A DNA stretch of 61,574 nt, filler included. It is 6 parts of 6 records of this genome, joined end to end, with 100 filler letters (N's around TTAATTAATTAA, not from the genome) between each part and the next. Parts side by side here need not be neighbours in the genome. Positions count along the whole stretch, not along the records: positions 55,655 to 61,574 come from DRR723986_14226; 5 more parts are not named here. One strand, given 5' to 3'. Both the position numbers and the translations under genes were made by a program. Positions 59,744 through 61,574 of the stretch are shown here, piece after piece. The notes below the pieces were generated by a model that ran no database searches, was not told the DNA's origin, and saw only the letters and a list, made by a program, of their open reading frames with translations. Position 1 is the stretch's first letter. Every line of letters starts with the position of its first letter.

Positions 59744-61201
59744 ATGCTGCGCTCTATTTTTCTGCCGCTTGCCTTGGTTCTGCTGGCCTGTACCGCCGGT
59801 GCCTGCTCTACCTATTATCAGGATAATGTAGAGCTGGAACGCCGCCTGCGTGCAGGTGACATCAGCGGTGCACGCGATTTTGTAATTAACAGCGATGAAG
59901 CCGGCTCCGACAAAAACTACGTGCTTTACCTGCTTAACCGCGGCACAGTTGAGTGGATGCTCGGCGAGTACGACAGCAGCTTTGTCATGTTTGAACGCGC
60001 CAACAAGTTAATTGAATCGCGTCGCACCAGCCTGGGACAGGACATCCTGGCATATCTTGTTAACCCCGGCGTCCTGCCGTACCGCACCGAAGACTACGAG
60101 TCAGTATTGGTGCATTACTACATGTCGCTTAACTTCCTGATGCGCAATCGTTACGATGAGGCACTCGTGGAAGCGCGCCGTATTAACATTAAACTCAATG
60201 AGCTTAATGATTTGTACGAAGGCGAAATGCGTTATAAACGCGACGCGTTTGCACTTAACCTGAGCGGCTTAATTTACGACGCGGCCGGCGACCACAACAA
60301 TGCATTTATCGCCTACCGCAATGCCTACGAAACCTACCGCGACGAATACGACACTCTGTTTAATATCTCAGCGCCCACACAGCTGAAACGCGATCTGATT
60401 CGGGCTGCCGAGCGGACGGGTTTTGCGCAGGAAGCCGAGCGCTATCGCAAAGAGTTCAAGATGCCCAAAACTACTGAGGCGGCCACAACTGGCGCAAGCA
60501 GCAGCGATGAACCCGGCGAGCTCGTATTTTTCTGGAGCAATGGCCTCGGCCCCGTAAAAAGTCAATTTGCGGTTAACTTTGTGTCTGTTGACGGCGCCGG
60601 TGGCAGTCTCGTTTTTGAGAGCGACTACAAGGGCGCTTCCTTCCCGTTTTTCCTGGACAATCACAATGTGGACGACGAAGACAAAAACGCGCTGGAAAAG
60701 TTAACCACTTTCCGCGTAGCCTTTCCGCAGTACACTGAACGCCCACTGATTTACCGTAGTGCGCAGCTAATGGCGCAGGACACGATGCGCCTGGAGTTGG
60801 CCGAAGATATTAACGCGATTGCACATCAGTCGCTGGAAGACCGCATGTTCCGCGAGTTTGCCACGGCCCTTCTGCGCGTAGCAATCAAAAAAGCCGCACA
60901 ATATGCAGTTAAACAGAAGAACGAAACTTTGGCAGCATTGATTGGTCTGGCCGGCACCTTAACTGAACAAGCCGACACGCGCAATTGGCAGGTCTTGCCA
61001 CATTCAATTTATTACACGCGCTTACGCCTCCCCGCAGGTGAACAAACCGTTCGTTTTGTGGCGCAGGATCCGCGCGGTGGCGAGCTTGTAGAAGAGTTCA
61101 CATTTAATGTTCGCCCCGGCAAAACGGTATTCCATGGCTTCCGCACCCTGGCGTCACAATCACCTGACGACTACAGCTGGTTTGCTCCCGAATCGCGTTG
61201 A
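59744..61201 (+). CDS. COG3014-like TPR lipoprotein
   Basis: Lipobox-like Cys; LYLLNRG, PY..EDYE, ALVEARR, ADTRNW..LP; adjacent to lpoB. Confidence 0.75.
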   Translation: MLRSIFLPLALVLLACTAGACSTYYQDNVELERRLRAGDISGARDFVINSDEAGSDKNYVLYLLNRGTVEWMLGEYDSSFVMFERANKLIESRRTSLGQDILAYLVNPGVLPYRTEDYESVLVHYYMSLNFLMRNRYDEALVEARRINIKLNELNDLYEGEMRYKRDAFALNLSGLIYDAAGDHNNAFIAYRNAYETYRDEYDTLFNISAPTQLKRDLIRAAERTGFAQEAERYRKEFKMPKTTEAATTGASSSDEPGELVFFWSNGLGPVKSQFAVNFVSVDGAGGSLVFESDYKGASFPFFLDNHNVDDEDKNALEKLTTFRVAFPQYTERPLIYRSAQLMAQDTMRLELAEDINAIAHQSLEDRMFREFATALLRVAIKKAAQYAVKQKNETLAALIGLAGTLTEQADTRNWQVLPHSIYYTRLRLPAGEQTVRFVAQDPRGGELVEEFTFNVRPGKTVFHGFRTLASQSPDDYSWFAPESR

Positions 61202-61308
61202 TCTGATAATTCGGCGAATCCCTCTCCCAGGACTTAACATTTACGACTCGTGCCCAACTTAAACTGCTTGCAGTAAAGTTGATAAATGGCTTAGGCCTGG
61301 ACTTTTTT

Positions 61309-61500
61309 TTACGCTACTCTAAGTAATCTCATGAGCGCTTCGCCTCCACTGCGTGGGCGGCTTACTGTTTCTTTTTGTTTGGCATTGAGGCGCAGGCTGG
61401 AAGCATCATAAACAACGCCGTTAAGTGAGTAAGCTATTGTGAGCCACAAGTCTGTCGTTCGGATTTCGACATAACTTTCAGCAGTCGAGCTTTTACGCAC
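61309..61500 (-). CDS. possible small hypothetical protein
   Basis: 63-aa ORF only; no recognisable motif. Confidence 0.25.
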   Translation of the reverse strand: MRKSSTAESYVEIRTTDLWLTIAYSLNGVVYDASSLRLNAKQKETVSRPRSGGEALMRLLRVA

Positions 61501-61574
61501 TTGCTACTAGCCCTTATCCTAAAGCACGATTGTTAACGGATTGTGCCGCTCATTCTTTGTGACTTGACTTGAAT

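Overview
This window is not one locus. It is six unrelated contigs joined by 100-nt N spacers, each carrying the six-frame-stop linker TTAATTAATTAA (gaps at 12858-12957, 23423-23522, 30786-30885, 50048-50147, 55555-55654). Contig 1 (1-12857, alphaproteobacterial, Hyphomonadaceae-like by impression) has an S9 peptidase, Nudix, DUF1330, carboxylesterase, msrC and a DUF4129-DUF4350-MoxR-DUF58-SpoIIM-RDD operon. Contig 2 (12958-23422, Rhodobacteraceae-like core) has a small RNA/small-ORF locus, a queuosine-precursor transporter with a compact preQ1-I-like riboswitch, aminotransferase, sseA, smpB, trmO, dapA, slt and split mnmC. Contig 3 (23523-30785) is an AT-richer defence island next to a tRNA 3' end. 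It holds an FRG protein, a pPIWI-associated-type small protein, a GIY-YIG plus DGQHR/DndB pair and a 3-TM protein, all convergent with sspC/sspD-like phosphorothioation genes. Contig 4 (30886-50047, Roseibium/Labrenzia-like by impression) is mixed metabolic and regulatory, with a LecA-like lectin and a candidate anti-SD sRNA. Contig 5 (50148-55554, very GC-rich) carries an operon of exported proteins: a trypsin-LprI-SH3 protease, a di-heme cytochrome c/DUF4384 protein and a truncated third gene. Contig 6 (55655-61574) has a YprB-like exonuclease, rhodanese, ettA, lpoB and a COG3014-like lipoprotein. The best candidates for something undescribed are the Ssp-adjacent GIY-YIG/DGQHR/TM module, the minimal preQ1-I riboswitch, and the cytochrome c/protease operon. 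All family calls come from motif recognition by eye; no database searches were run.
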